From NCBI GenBank assembly GCA_021832085.1, contig JAKBLM010000003.1, forward strand, positions 10,380 through 74,379: a stretch of DNA of 64,000 nucleotides, in the 5' to 3' direction. The notes beneath the pieces were generated by a model. The model was not told the DNA's origin, searched no databases, and worked only from the letters and a program-made list of their open reading frames with translations. This DNA comes from Acidobacteriota bacterium. Lineage in GTDB: Bacteria > Acidobacteriota > Terriglobia > Acidiferrales > UBA7541. Both the position numbers and the translations under genes were made by a program. How positions within the stretch are numbered: the stretch's first letter is position 1; every line of letters starts with the position of its first letter. Below are positions 56,098 to 64,000 of the stretch, one piece after another.

Positions 56098-56466
56098 CCG
56101 TGAATTTTGTTCTGCCACAGTCATTTATACCTAACGAAAAAGGGGTGGTGGTGACGTCGGGGCCGCTCTCCCAAGGTAGTTGTGCCGCGCCGCTCCTTGA
56201 GCGGCCCTAGAGCTTATCAAAGCTCTTGAAAACCAAGGGGTTCCCGTGAACCGGTGGGTGCCTTAACGGAAACATGTGGCAGCCTATCGTAGGCAAATTA
56301 CCCTGTTACTTCGAGTATGAAGGTAAAGTTAGCTCTCATTAGGGGTGTGTGCGGTTGTGTGTCTGGAGTGGGCCATCTTCCTCAGCAATACTGACCCCTT
56401 TGAGGTGACATCGAATGGTCGCCCTTGCCTGGGTTGGCAAGCGAGGGCAACTGCGGAGGCTGATTC
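56098..56466 (+). other. long lower-GC 5' leader / candidate structured RNA upstream of hppA
   Basis: About 370 nt with no credible ORF. Hairpins GCCGCTC-ctt-GAGCGGC (56189..56205), AGAGCTT-atca-AAGCTCT (56209..56226) and GGTTC-ccgt-GAACC (56239..56252). These are enclosed by a possible 8-bp long-range helix CTGCCACA (56112..56119) / TGTGGCAG (56275..56282). Confidence 0.35.
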
Positions 56467-58998
56467 ATGGAGTTCCTAAGGCGTATGAGACTGAGCCGGG
56501 GTGCCCGCGTCGGCGCGGCCGTTCCCCGTTTAACGAAGTTTTTCCTTGTGATTGCCACATTGGTCCTGTCGGGAGCGAGCGGAGCCTTCGCGGCAACCGC
56601 CCAGCCGGAAGCCGGTGAGGCCAGCCTGAAGCTGCCGGACCTGACCCAGGTCCGCTTCCTCGGCGTGAGTGGCCACCATCTGCTGCTTTTTGGGATCGTG
56701 TTCTGCTTTTTCGGTTTCGTGTTTGGCTTGTTCATGTATAGCCGGCTCAAAAGCCTGCCCGCGCACGAATCCATGAAGGAGATGTCTCAGCTCATCTGGG
56801 AGACGTGCAAGACCTATCTCACTCAGCAGGGGAAATTCCTGCTCCTGCTCTGGGCGTTCATCGCGGCCATCATCCTGCTTTATTTCGGCGTGCTGCTCCA
56901 GTTCAGCGCGTTACGCGTCGGCATCATCCTGGCGTTCAGCGTGCTGGGCATCTGCGGCAGCTACGGGGTCGCCTGGTACGGCATGCGCGTGAACACGTTC
57001 GCCAATTCGCGCACAGCCTACGCCAGTTTGGGCGGCAAGGCCTACCCTGTGTATCAAATCCCGGTCCGCGCCGGGATGAGCGTCGGCATGATGCTGATCA
57101 GCGTCGAACTGCTGATGATGCTAATCATCCTTCTGTTCGTTCCCGGCAGTTACGCCGGCCCGTGCTTTATCGGGTTCGCGATCGGCGAATCGCTGGGTGC
57201 GGCGGCGCTGCGAATCGCCGGCGGCATCTTTACAAAGATCGCCGACATCGGCTCGGACCTGATGAAAATATTCTTCAAGATCAAGGAAGACGACGCCCGC
57301 AACCCCGGCGTCATCGCCGATTGCACCGGCGACAACGCCGGCGATTCGGTCGGCCCGAGCGCGGATGGTTTCGAAACCTACGGCGTCACTGGCGTCGCGC
57401 TAATCGCGTTCATCCTGCTCGGTGTCAAGAACCCGATCGTTCAAGTCCAGTTGTTGGTGTGGATCTTCGTGATCCGCGTTGCGATGCTCATCGCCGCGGC
57501 GGGCGCCTATTACGTGAACGACTTCTTCGCTCGCGCTCGTTATCGCAACGCCACCAAGATGAACTTCGAGGCGCCGCTAACCTCGCTCGTCTGGATCACC
57601 TCGTTCCTCTCGATCGGCCTGACCTTCCTGTGTTCGGCAGTCATCATTCCCGACATCGGTGGCGATCCAACGCTTTGGTGGAAACTTTCGATCATCGTCT
57701 CCTGCGGCACGCTCGCTGGCGCGCTCATCCCGGAACTGGTCAAGGTATTTACTTCCACAGAATCGCGGCACGTGAAGGAAGTCGTCGCATCAGCTAGCGA
57801 AGGCGGAGCATCACTCGATATTCTGTCCGGCTTCGTCTCGGGCAATTACTCCGGCTACTATCTCGGCCTCACCATGATGGTGCTGATGGCGATTGGCTCG
57901 TGGGTAAGCTTGCACGGTCTGGGCAACATCATGCTGGCCGCGCCTGTGTTTGCCTTCGGTTTGGTGGCCTTCGGGTTCCTTGGCATGGGCCCGGTGACGA
58001 TCGCCGTCGATTCCTACGGGCCGGTAACCGACAACGCTCAATCCATTTACGAACTTTCGTTGATCGAAACCCGTCCGGGCGTTGCCGAGGAGGTGAAGGC
58101 ACGGTACGGCACGGACATCGACTTCGAGCACGCAAAGGAAATGCTCGAGGCCAACGACGGCGCCGGCAACACCTTCAAGGCCACCGCCAAGCCGGTCCTG
58201 ATCGGCACGGCGGTCGTCGGCGCGACCACGATGGTCTTCGCCACGATCATGGCGCTCACCAACGGCCTGACGACCAACGTGGCCAAGCTTTCGCTGCTGC
58301 ACGCGCCCTTCGTCCTGGGCTTGGTCACCGGCGGGGCCGTCATCTATTGGTTTACCGGCGCCTCCACCCAGGCAGTGACAACGGGAGCGTACCGTGCGAC
58401 CGAATTCATCAAGGCCAATATCCGCTTGGAAGGCGTGGAAAAAGCGTCGGTGAGTGACAGCAAGAAGGTTGTGGCGATCTGCACCCACTATGCCCAGAGA
58501 GGCATGCTGATGATCTTCCTCGCTGTGTTCTTCGCCACGCTCGCCTTTGCCTTTGTCGACCCCTTCTTCTTCATTGGTTATCTGATCTCCATCGCGATCT
58601 TCGGCCTCTACCAGGCCATCTTCATGGCCAACACCGGCGGCGCTTGGGATAACGCCAAGAAGATCGTCGAGGTCGAGTTGAAGCAGAAGGGCACCGCGCT
58701 GCACGACGCGACGGTGATCGGCGATACGGTCGGCGACCCGTTCAAGGACACTTCCTCCGTAGCAATGAACCCGATCATCAAATTCACCACCCTGTTCGGC
58801 TTGCTCGCGGTCGAACTCGCTGTCCGACTCACTGCCGAAACCGGCGGTATGCTAACCCACATCCTGGCCGCGGTCTTCTTCGCGATCTCCTTCTTCTTTG
58901 TGTACCAGTCGTTTTACGGCATGCGCATTCGCAAGGTTGGGGCGACGGCAGAGGCCTCGCAGGCCGAGCGTGACGAAACTGTCGTTAGCGCCAAGTAG
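56467..58998 (+). CDS. hppA: membrane-bound proton-translocating pyrophosphatase (M-PPase), divergent long form
   Basis: 843 aa; GGAGG 7 nt upstream. Motifs GDNAGDSVGPSADGFETYGVTG, DGAGNTFKATAKPVLIG and NTGGAWDNAKKIVE...VIGDTVGDPFKDTSSVAMNPIIKF. About 16-17 TM with a signal-like N-terminal extension. Confidence 0.92.
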   Translation: MEFLRRMRLSRGARVGAAVPRLTKFFLVIATLVLSGASGAFAATAQPEAGEASLKLPDLTQVRFLGVSGHHLLLFGIVFCFFGFVFGLFMYSRLKSLPAHESMKEMSQLIWETCKTYLTQQGKFLLLLWAFIAAIILLYFGVLLQFSALRVGIILAFSVLGICGSYGVAWYGMRVNTFANSRTAYASLGGKAYPVYQIPVRAGMSVGMMLISVELLMMLIILLFVPGSYAGPCFIGFAIGESLGAAALRIAGGIFTKIADIGSDLMKIFFKIKEDDARNPGVIADCTGDNAGDSVGPSADGFETYGVTGVALIAFILLGVKNPIVQVQLLVWIFVIRVAMLIAAAGAYYVNDFFARARYRNATKMNFEAPLTSLVWITSFLSIGLTFLCSAVIIPDIGGDPTLWWKLSIIVSCGTLAGALIPELVKVFTSTESRHVKEVVASASEGGASLDILSGFVSGNYSGYYLGLTMMVLMAIGSWVSLHGLGNIMLAAPVFAFGLVAFGFLGMGPVTIAVDSYGPVTDNAQSIYELSLIETRPGVAEEVKARYGTDIDFEHAKEMLEANDGAGNTFKATAKPVLIGTAVVGATTMVFATIMALTNGLTTNVAKLSLLHAPFVLGLVTGGAVIYWFTGASTQAVTTGAYRATEFIKANIRLEGVEKASVSDSKKVVAICTHYAQRGMLMIFLAVFFATLAFAFVDPFFFIGYLISIAIFGLYQAIFMANTGGAWDNAKKIVEVELKQKGTALHDATVIGDTVGDPFKDTSSVAMNPIIKFTTLFGLLAVELAVRLTAETGGMLTHILAAVFFAISFFFVYQSFYGMRIRKVGATAEASQAERDETVVSAK

Positions 58999-59011
58999 CC
59001 TGTAGTCTCTA

Positions 59012-59049
59012 GCGCAGACCCGCATTTTGTGCGGGTCTGCGCCTTTTCC
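59012..59049 (+). terminator. intrinsic terminator of hppA
   Basis: Perfect 13-bp hairpin GCGCAGACCCGCA-ttttg-TGCGGGTCTGCGC, 14 nt after the stop, followed by CTTTTCC. Confidence 0.8.
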
Positions 59050-59233
59050 TCCAAGACCCACGGGCACGCCTCAACGTTCTCGAAGGCGGCCTGGCCGCCG
59101 TCTCTCTCTACTCCGACAAAAACGATGTGAACGGACTTTAACCTCAGGATCGTCTGAATTGCATCCAGCAAATGGGGGCTGAATGGACACTTTTTTTCAG
59201 CCTCTGGTAGTGTAGCCAGTGGAGGCTCATCTC

Positions 59234-60262
59234 ATGAAAGCCGTTATTATTCCTCATCATGGTGGTCCTGACGTGCTGGAGTACACCGAATTTCCAGAGC
59301 CTACGGTCCAGCCGAACGATGTGATTGTCAAAGTGCGCGCTTGCGCACTGAACCATCTCGACTTGTTGGTCCGGCGGGGCCTGCCCGGCGTGCCGCTCCC
59401 GTTGCCGCACATCCCCGGCAGCGACGTCGCCGGTGAAGTGGTTCGCGTGGGTAATCACGTTCGCAGCGTCAAGGTCGGCGAGCGCGTCGTGGTCGCGCCC
59501 GGCCTGAGCTGCGGCCTTTGTCAGCAATGCCGCGCCGGCGACGACAACCATTGCCGCCGCTACACCATCCTCGGCTTCCTCTTCGACGGCGGTTGCGCCC
59601 AGTACGTCCGCGTCCCCGAAACGAATGTCCTGCCGATGCCCGAGACCCTCACCTACGAGGAAGCCGCCGCCGTCCCGCTCGTCTTCCTCACCGCCTGGCA
59701 CATGCTCATCGCCCGTGCCCATCTTCAGGCCGGCGAAGACGTTCTGGTCCTTGGCGCCGGCAGCGGCGTCGGCAGCGCCGCCATTCAGGTGGCTCGGCTG
59801 GCCGGAGCCCGCGTCTTTGCCACCATCGGCAAGGAAGACAAGCGCCAGAAAGCGCTCGAAATCGGCGCCGACGTCGTCATCAACCATTCCGACGTCGATG
59901 TCTCCGAGGAAATCCGTCGCCTCACCGAGCGCCGTGGCGTCGACATCGTCGTCGAGCACGTCGGCGAAGCCACCTGGCAGCAAAGTATCAGCTCGCTCGC
60001 CGTCGGCGGTCGCCTGGTCACCTGCGGCGCCACCACCGGCCACGACGTCAAGCTCGATCTCCGCACCCTGTTCAGCCGCAACATCTGCGTGCTTGGCTCC
60101 TACATGGGCCGGCGCAGCGAGCTCGATACCATTCTCAAACTTGTCGCCGAACGCAAACTCCATCCGGTGATCGACTCGGTGATGCCGCTCTCCCATTGTG
60201 CCCGCGCCCATCTCCGCATGGAGCACCGCGACCACTTCGGCAAGATCGTCCTCGTCCCCTGA
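59234..60262 (+). CDS. zinc-dependent alcohol dehydrogenase / MDR superfamily oxidoreductase
   Basis: ATG 59234 with GGAGG 8 nt upstream. GroES-like N-domain, structural-Zn Cys cluster CGLCQQCRAGDDNHC, and NAD(P) motif VLGAGSGVGSAAIQVARLAGARV. Confidence 0.88.
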   Translation: MKAVIIPHHGGPDVLEYTEFPEPTVQPNDVIVKVRACALNHLDLLVRRGLPGVPLPLPHIPGSDVAGEVVRVGNHVRSVKVGERVVVAPGLSCGLCQQCRAGDDNHCRRYTILGFLFDGGCAQYVRVPETNVLPMPETLTYEEAAAVPLVFLTAWHMLIARAHLQAGEDVLVLGAGSGVGSAAIQVARLAGARVFATIGKEDKRQKALEIGADVVINHSDVDVSEEIRRLTERRGVDIVVEHVGEATWQQSISSLAVGGRLVTCGATTGHDVKLDLRTLFSRNICVLGSYMGRRSELDTILKLVAERKLHPVIDSVMPLSHCARAHLRMEHRDHFGKIVLVP

Positions 60263-60364
60263 TCCGCCAATTTGAATGCAAATCCTGGGCGGGGAAGGCC
60301 CCCACGGTGCCATGCGCCTGGATGGCAACGCCCGGCCCGCTCGCACTAAAATGGCTGCCGCTTC

Positions 60365-60799
60365 ATGCCTGCCGACCCCAATGCGTCCGTCGCGCTTCCC
60401 AGGCCTCGCCTGATCGGCCGCCTCGTGCGGCTGGTTCTCGGCGCGATCCTCCTCTATTTCTTCGTGAAACTCCTGATAGCGATCCCGACCCAGGCGCATG
60501 GTTTCCTGGCGACGCAAGCCGGTTGGCGCATTCCGGGCGGCGATTGGTGGCTCGTTGCGATTGGCTGTCTTTTCGCGCTGCCGCTTTTGATCAATAGCGG
60601 CTTCGGTCGTCGCTGGGGCAACTGGCCGCGAATCGCTCTCCTGGCTCTGGCTGGCGTTGCTGCCCTTGCGGATTGGTTAGTCTATGGCGCTTTCTGGGCA
60701 TGGCCCCTCGCCGCGCTCGTTTTCTTGCTCATCGCCTACGTGCTTTTCCATGCGGGCATCTCCTACCTCGTCGCCGCCTTCGCCGCCACGCCCGGATGA
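60365..60799 (+). CDS. hypothetical membrane protein (about 4 TM)
   Basis: 144 aa with hydrophobic helices (LVRLVLGAILLYFFVKLLIAI, WWLVAIGCLFALPLLI, IALLALAGVAALADWLVYGAFW, LAALVFLLIAYVLF). No recognised motif. Confidence 0.55.
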   Translation: MPADPNASVALPRPRLIGRLVRLVLGAILLYFFVKLLIAIPTQAHGFLATQAGWRIPGGDWWLVAIGCLFALPLLINSGFGRRWGNWPRIALLALAGVAALADWLVYGAFWAWPLAALVFLLIAYVLFHAGISYLVAAFAATPG

Positions 60800-61038
60800 G
60801 AAATGCGTGCCGTTCCCCACGTGCTGGGGAAAATCAGGGGCAGGGAAGTTGCCGACCACGGTTGACCCGTCGGCCTCACCCGCCTGGACCGGTGGGAAAA
60901 TCGCCCGAAAACGCAGTAGGGAAAAACTCCGCCCCGCCCGTTCAACCGGAACCTCTCTACTTCTGTCCTCCCCCGGCCAAATACTGGGGCGCCAGATCGC
61001 ATGGAACAAAGCCCAACGGGGGAAGGGGGTGATGCCAG

Positions 61039-62328
61039 GTGGCAGCGCAATGGCTGAAAAGCTCCTGCCCGGCTTTGGCCCTCCTGCTGCTCCTGCCGCT
61101 CGGCCAGATGGCCGCGAAACCGCACGCTTCCGGAAAACCGCGGAGCGGCAAAGTCGGCCATAAGAAGAAAGCGGCAAAGCCAAAGAGGCCGATTCCCGTG
61201 TACCAACTTCAGCAAGGGGAAACCATCCGGTTTTCAGCGCCCGCAGCCGCGCCGCCCGGAATCCTCTGCGGCGGGAATGGCGACGTTTTCCTGGTCTATG
61301 GCGCGAATCCCCCGGCCATACCGGGCCTCCCTTACGGCCCTCTGCTCTCTCCCCTCGTTAAACTGTCCCCCAGCTCACAGACCGCGACCGGCTAGGCCGC
61401 CCCTTCGCTCCAGGGATACCGGCGTTTTCGCCGAGCCCGGTTCACCGTCGACCGATGGGGCACCGTCTACGCCGTCTACACCGCCTTTCGCCACGGTACC
61501 GGTTTCGCAGCCGGAACCAAACCCGCGAAGCCTGAGCACCCCGGCTATGTGATCGTCAAATTCAATAGTGACGGCAGCGTCGACTCGATCATTCGTTTGC
61601 ACAACCCGCCTGCCGGACGTTTGCACCCCAGGCTCTTTGGCGTTTTTCCGGATGGGCAACTCCTGCTCACGGGCATCGTCGATGCGGGGAACGGCCTCGG
61701 CCGGATTCCGTTCATTGGCGTCTTCGACAGCTACGGCAACTTCGAAGAAAACGTCATCCTGCCCAACGCCGTCGTTCCCTCCACGCCGGCCAAAACGAAA
61801 AGGAATGCGCCAGACGCAGGCCGGCCAAAGGTTGGAGGTCTGAAGAAAAAAGGGCGAATGCCCCGAAAGAAAACCAGACCGAAGATCCCAATGGGGACCT
61901 ACCAACTCGCCTTGGGCGAGGGGCGCATTCTCGGCGGGCCGACCGACAACCTCTACCTCCTGCAGCCGGGCAATCCGCTAGCGCTCTACGTTGTTTCCCC
62001 CGGTGGCCAGGTTGTAAGGGCCGTCGAAATCCATTCTCCTCGGCCCGGCTTGGGACTTGCTTCCTTCGAACCGGCGGGGAGGGACTATTTTTTCGCCACC
62101 TTCTTTGGGTTTGGCCGCTTGTCCATCCGCAAGCAGGGCCTTCATGGCTCGCTGCTTCTGGTTCCCGCCCTGATTGATGCCGCCAGCGGAAAAGTGACCG
62201 CCACATTTCACGCCTCGCGCAAGATTTCCCGCCTGCGCCCGGCTTGCGCCGAAGGTCCGAATGCCTTTGAGTTTGTGGGCGGAACGAAGAATCACAAGCT
62301 GAAAGTTGTGCTCTTCTACGGCGGCTGA
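61039..62328 (+). pseudogene. secreted hypothetical protein gene interrupted by one in-frame TAG (61393..61395); possibly a pseudogene, or two ORFs 61039..61395 and 61549..62328
   Basis: ORFs 61039..61395 (GTG start, signal peptide SSCPALALLLLLPLGQMAA) and 61549..62328 are in the same frame. The 153 nt between them are open and translate as protein-like sequence (AAPSLQGYRRFRRARFTVDRWGTVYAVYTAFRHGTGFAAGTKPAKPEHPGY-VIVKFNSDGS). Confidence 0.5.
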
Positions 62329-62583
62329 GTTTCCGGCAACTCGAAACTGTGGAGAATTGTCTCGTGTGCTTGGCGGCGCCGGCCGCATCTGGCATTTGCC
62401 CCTGCTGCCAACGCGAAGAGCGCCTGCCATCCTGAGGCCATCCCACCAGGCCCGGTGTTCGAATTTCGGCGGAGTCCACCGGCATCCCGAAGCCGGAGAT
62501 GGCCGAACGATCTCAGCGTTTCGCATCGCCGCTGCACAGGCCGCCCCCCGCAAACCCGCCCGGCAAATTGCAGCGCCGCCGCA

Positions 62584-63669
62584 CTACCTGGAAGCCGCCG
62601 CTTTGACCGGCAGCTCGATCACTTCCGCTTCTCCCCGCTCCCAGCGTACGCGGCTGCCTGGCTCGTGAAACTCGCGCCGCAGGTAGCCCAGCCCGATCCC
62701 GCGGCCTGCCAGCGGCGAATGCGCCGCGCTCGTCACCCATCCGGCTTCTTTCTCGCCGCCAAACAGCTTCGCGCCGCGTTCCGGCAATGCTTCCCCGGCA
62801 AACCCGAGCCCCACGAGCCGCCGATTCACCTGTCCCCGCGAACGCACCCGCTCGACGATTTCCTGTCCCGTATAGCAGCCCTTCACGTAGCTGATGTGCG
62901 ATTGTTCGAGCCCGGCTTCGTGCGGAATCACCCGATCGTCGAAGTCGGCGCCAAACCACGCGATTCCCGCCTCGAGCCGCAGCGCGTCAATGGCCTGGTA
63001 ACCGGCCGCTCCGCCCCCTTCCCGTTCCGCGACATCGGCGAGCAGATGCCACAGTTCCGCAAGCTGCCCGCGCTCGGCCAGCAATGCGGCGCCGGCGAGC
63101 CCGAGCGGCGACCCGCGCAGGATCCGGCAGCCAATCGCGCCAATTTTCGCTTCGGCGTGCTCGCCCTTCGCCATCTCATCGAACTTCACGCCGCTCAACG
63201 CTTCGATCACCGCACCAGCCGTCGGCCCCACCACGCTCAGCGTCCCGAATTTCGCGGTGTGGTCGGTGAGCGTTACGTCGTCCATGATGATGAATTTGTC
63301 GAGCGTCTCGATTGTCCGCTCGCCCGTCATCGCGTGCGAGAGCACGAGCAGCCGGTCTTCGGTCGCGAGCGTCCGCAGCTCGGCCAGGATGTGCCCCTGC
63401 GGATTGAGCAGCAGCCCCATCGTGCTTTGGCCGGGCGTGAGCGCGGGAATATTCCCCGTGGTGATGGCGTTGAAGTAGCGGACCCTGTCGGGCCCGCTGA
63501 GTTCGGCAACCATCTGGAAATTCGTGTCGACCACCGCCGCTGCCGTGCGCGCCCGCCGGTACTCTCCCTCGAAATCGCCGTAATCGTCGGGCAGCAGTGT
63601 GCCGAACCGGACGCCCATCCGTGCGCCCAGCCGCTCATGAATTTCACGCAGTGGGGTTTCCAGGGCCAT
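62584..63669 (-). CDS. ygfZ: folate-binding protein YgfZ / GcvT-like aminomethyltransferase family
   Basis: I chose the start at MALETPLREIHERLGARM within ORF 62584..63783. Signature SYVKGCYTGQEIVERVRSRG (KGCYxGQE). Confidence 0.8.
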   Translation of the reverse strand: MALETPLREIHERLGARMGVRFGTLLPDDYGDFEGEYRRARTAAAVVDTNFQMVAELSGPDRVRYFNAITTGNIPALTPGQSTMGLLLNPQGHILAELRTLATEDRLLVLSHAMTGERTIETLDKFIIMDDVTLTDHTAKFGTLSVVGPTAGAVIEALSGVKFDEMAKGEHAEAKIGAIGCRILRGSPLGLAGAALLAERGQLAELWHLLADVAEREGGGAAGYQAIDALRLEAGIAWFGADFDDRVIPHEAGLEQSHISYVKGCYTGQEIVERVRSRGQVNRRLVGLGFAGEALPERGAKLFGGEKEAGWVTSAAHSPLAGRGIGLGYLRREFHEPGSRVRWERGEAEVIELPVKAAASR

Positions 63670-63731
63670 GGTCAATTTCACTTGGCGCAAACGCGGAGGC
63701 GGACGAAGCCGCGCTCGCCGCTCGGAGTTCG

Positions 63732-64000
63732 CTATCCATTGTACTGATTGCGCCCGGCCATCACGCCGCCGTCGACGTCCCACACCGCTCCCGTCACCCA
63801 GCCCGCCTTGTCGGAAAGCAGGAAGCAGACCACTTCGGCGACGTCTTCCGGCTGGCCAATCCGGCCAATCGGGTGGAATCCGTTGAACCCCTGCAGCGTC
63901 GAGTGCACTTTCTCCTTGGGAATGAACGCTTCGTAGATCGGCGTCTCCACCACGGCCGGCGAAACGGCATTGACGCGGATCTTCACCCCGGCCAGCTCCA
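63732..64000 (-). CDS. short-chain dehydrogenase/reductase (SDR) family oxidoreductase (partial; N-terminus beyond window end)
   Basis: The frame stays open to the window edge (...[20 protein letters not shown]...). C-terminal SDR pattern [34 protein letters not shown]. Confidence 0.85.
   Translation of the reverse strand, partial: ELAGVKIRVNAVSPAVVETPIYEAFIPKEKVHSTLQGFNGFHPIGRIGQPEDVAEVVCFLLSDKAGWVTGAVWDVDGGVMAGRNQYNG

Noticed and set aside
56415-56618. 67-aa ORF overlapping the hppA start
   Set aside because: It is out of frame with the strongly supported hppA gene, which has a GGAGG SD. The translation is not protein-like.
61277-61552. Alternative-frame ORF bridging the gap in the interrupted gene (frameshift hypothesis)
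   Set aside because: The upstream and downstream parts are already in the same frame, with only one TAG between them. No frameshift is needed, and the bridging ORF translation is Pro/Ser/Arg-rich.

Overview
High-GC chromosomal segment whose gene content looks Acidobacteriota-like. The pointers are two ~1285-aa TonB-dependent receptors with carboxypeptidase-regulatory-like N-termini, a PadR regulator followed by two ADOP-type duplicated orphan permeases, and a TPR Ser/Thr kinase. I support about 45 protein-coding genes. I found no rRNA, tRNA, CRISPR array, transposase or integrase. Both window edges cut genes: an NtrY-like histidine kinase at the left edge and an SDR oxidoreductase at the right. 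The most coherent theme is salvage of cell-wall amino sugars. It rests on murQ next to murA, a divergent pair of fusion enzymes (GH3 NagZ-like + beta-lactamase-fold domain, and beta-lactamase-fold domain + DUF1343/NamZ-like), a BadF-type sugar kinase and a GH2 exo-glucosaminidase-like enzyme. The tandem TonB-dependent receptors and a beta-helix protein sit among these genes. Other points worth a second look: a ~370-nt lower-GC leader or candidate structured RNA upstream of a divergent membrane pyrophosphatase; an in-frame TAG splitting an otherwise continuous 429-codon secreted-protein frame; a three-half-site palindromic operator over the padR promoter; mosaic identity between the tandem ADOP genes (about 90% nt over the first ~330 nt, then unalignable by eye); a segmental duplication of the TBDR gene that includes its terminator; a small REP-like hairpin family; and a secreted protein with two VirB10/TrbI-like modules but no T4SS context. 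All functional calls come from motifs I read in the translations. No database search was run. The many long R/A/G/P-rich ORFs antisense to or out of frame with these genes are treated as high-GC shadow ORFs.
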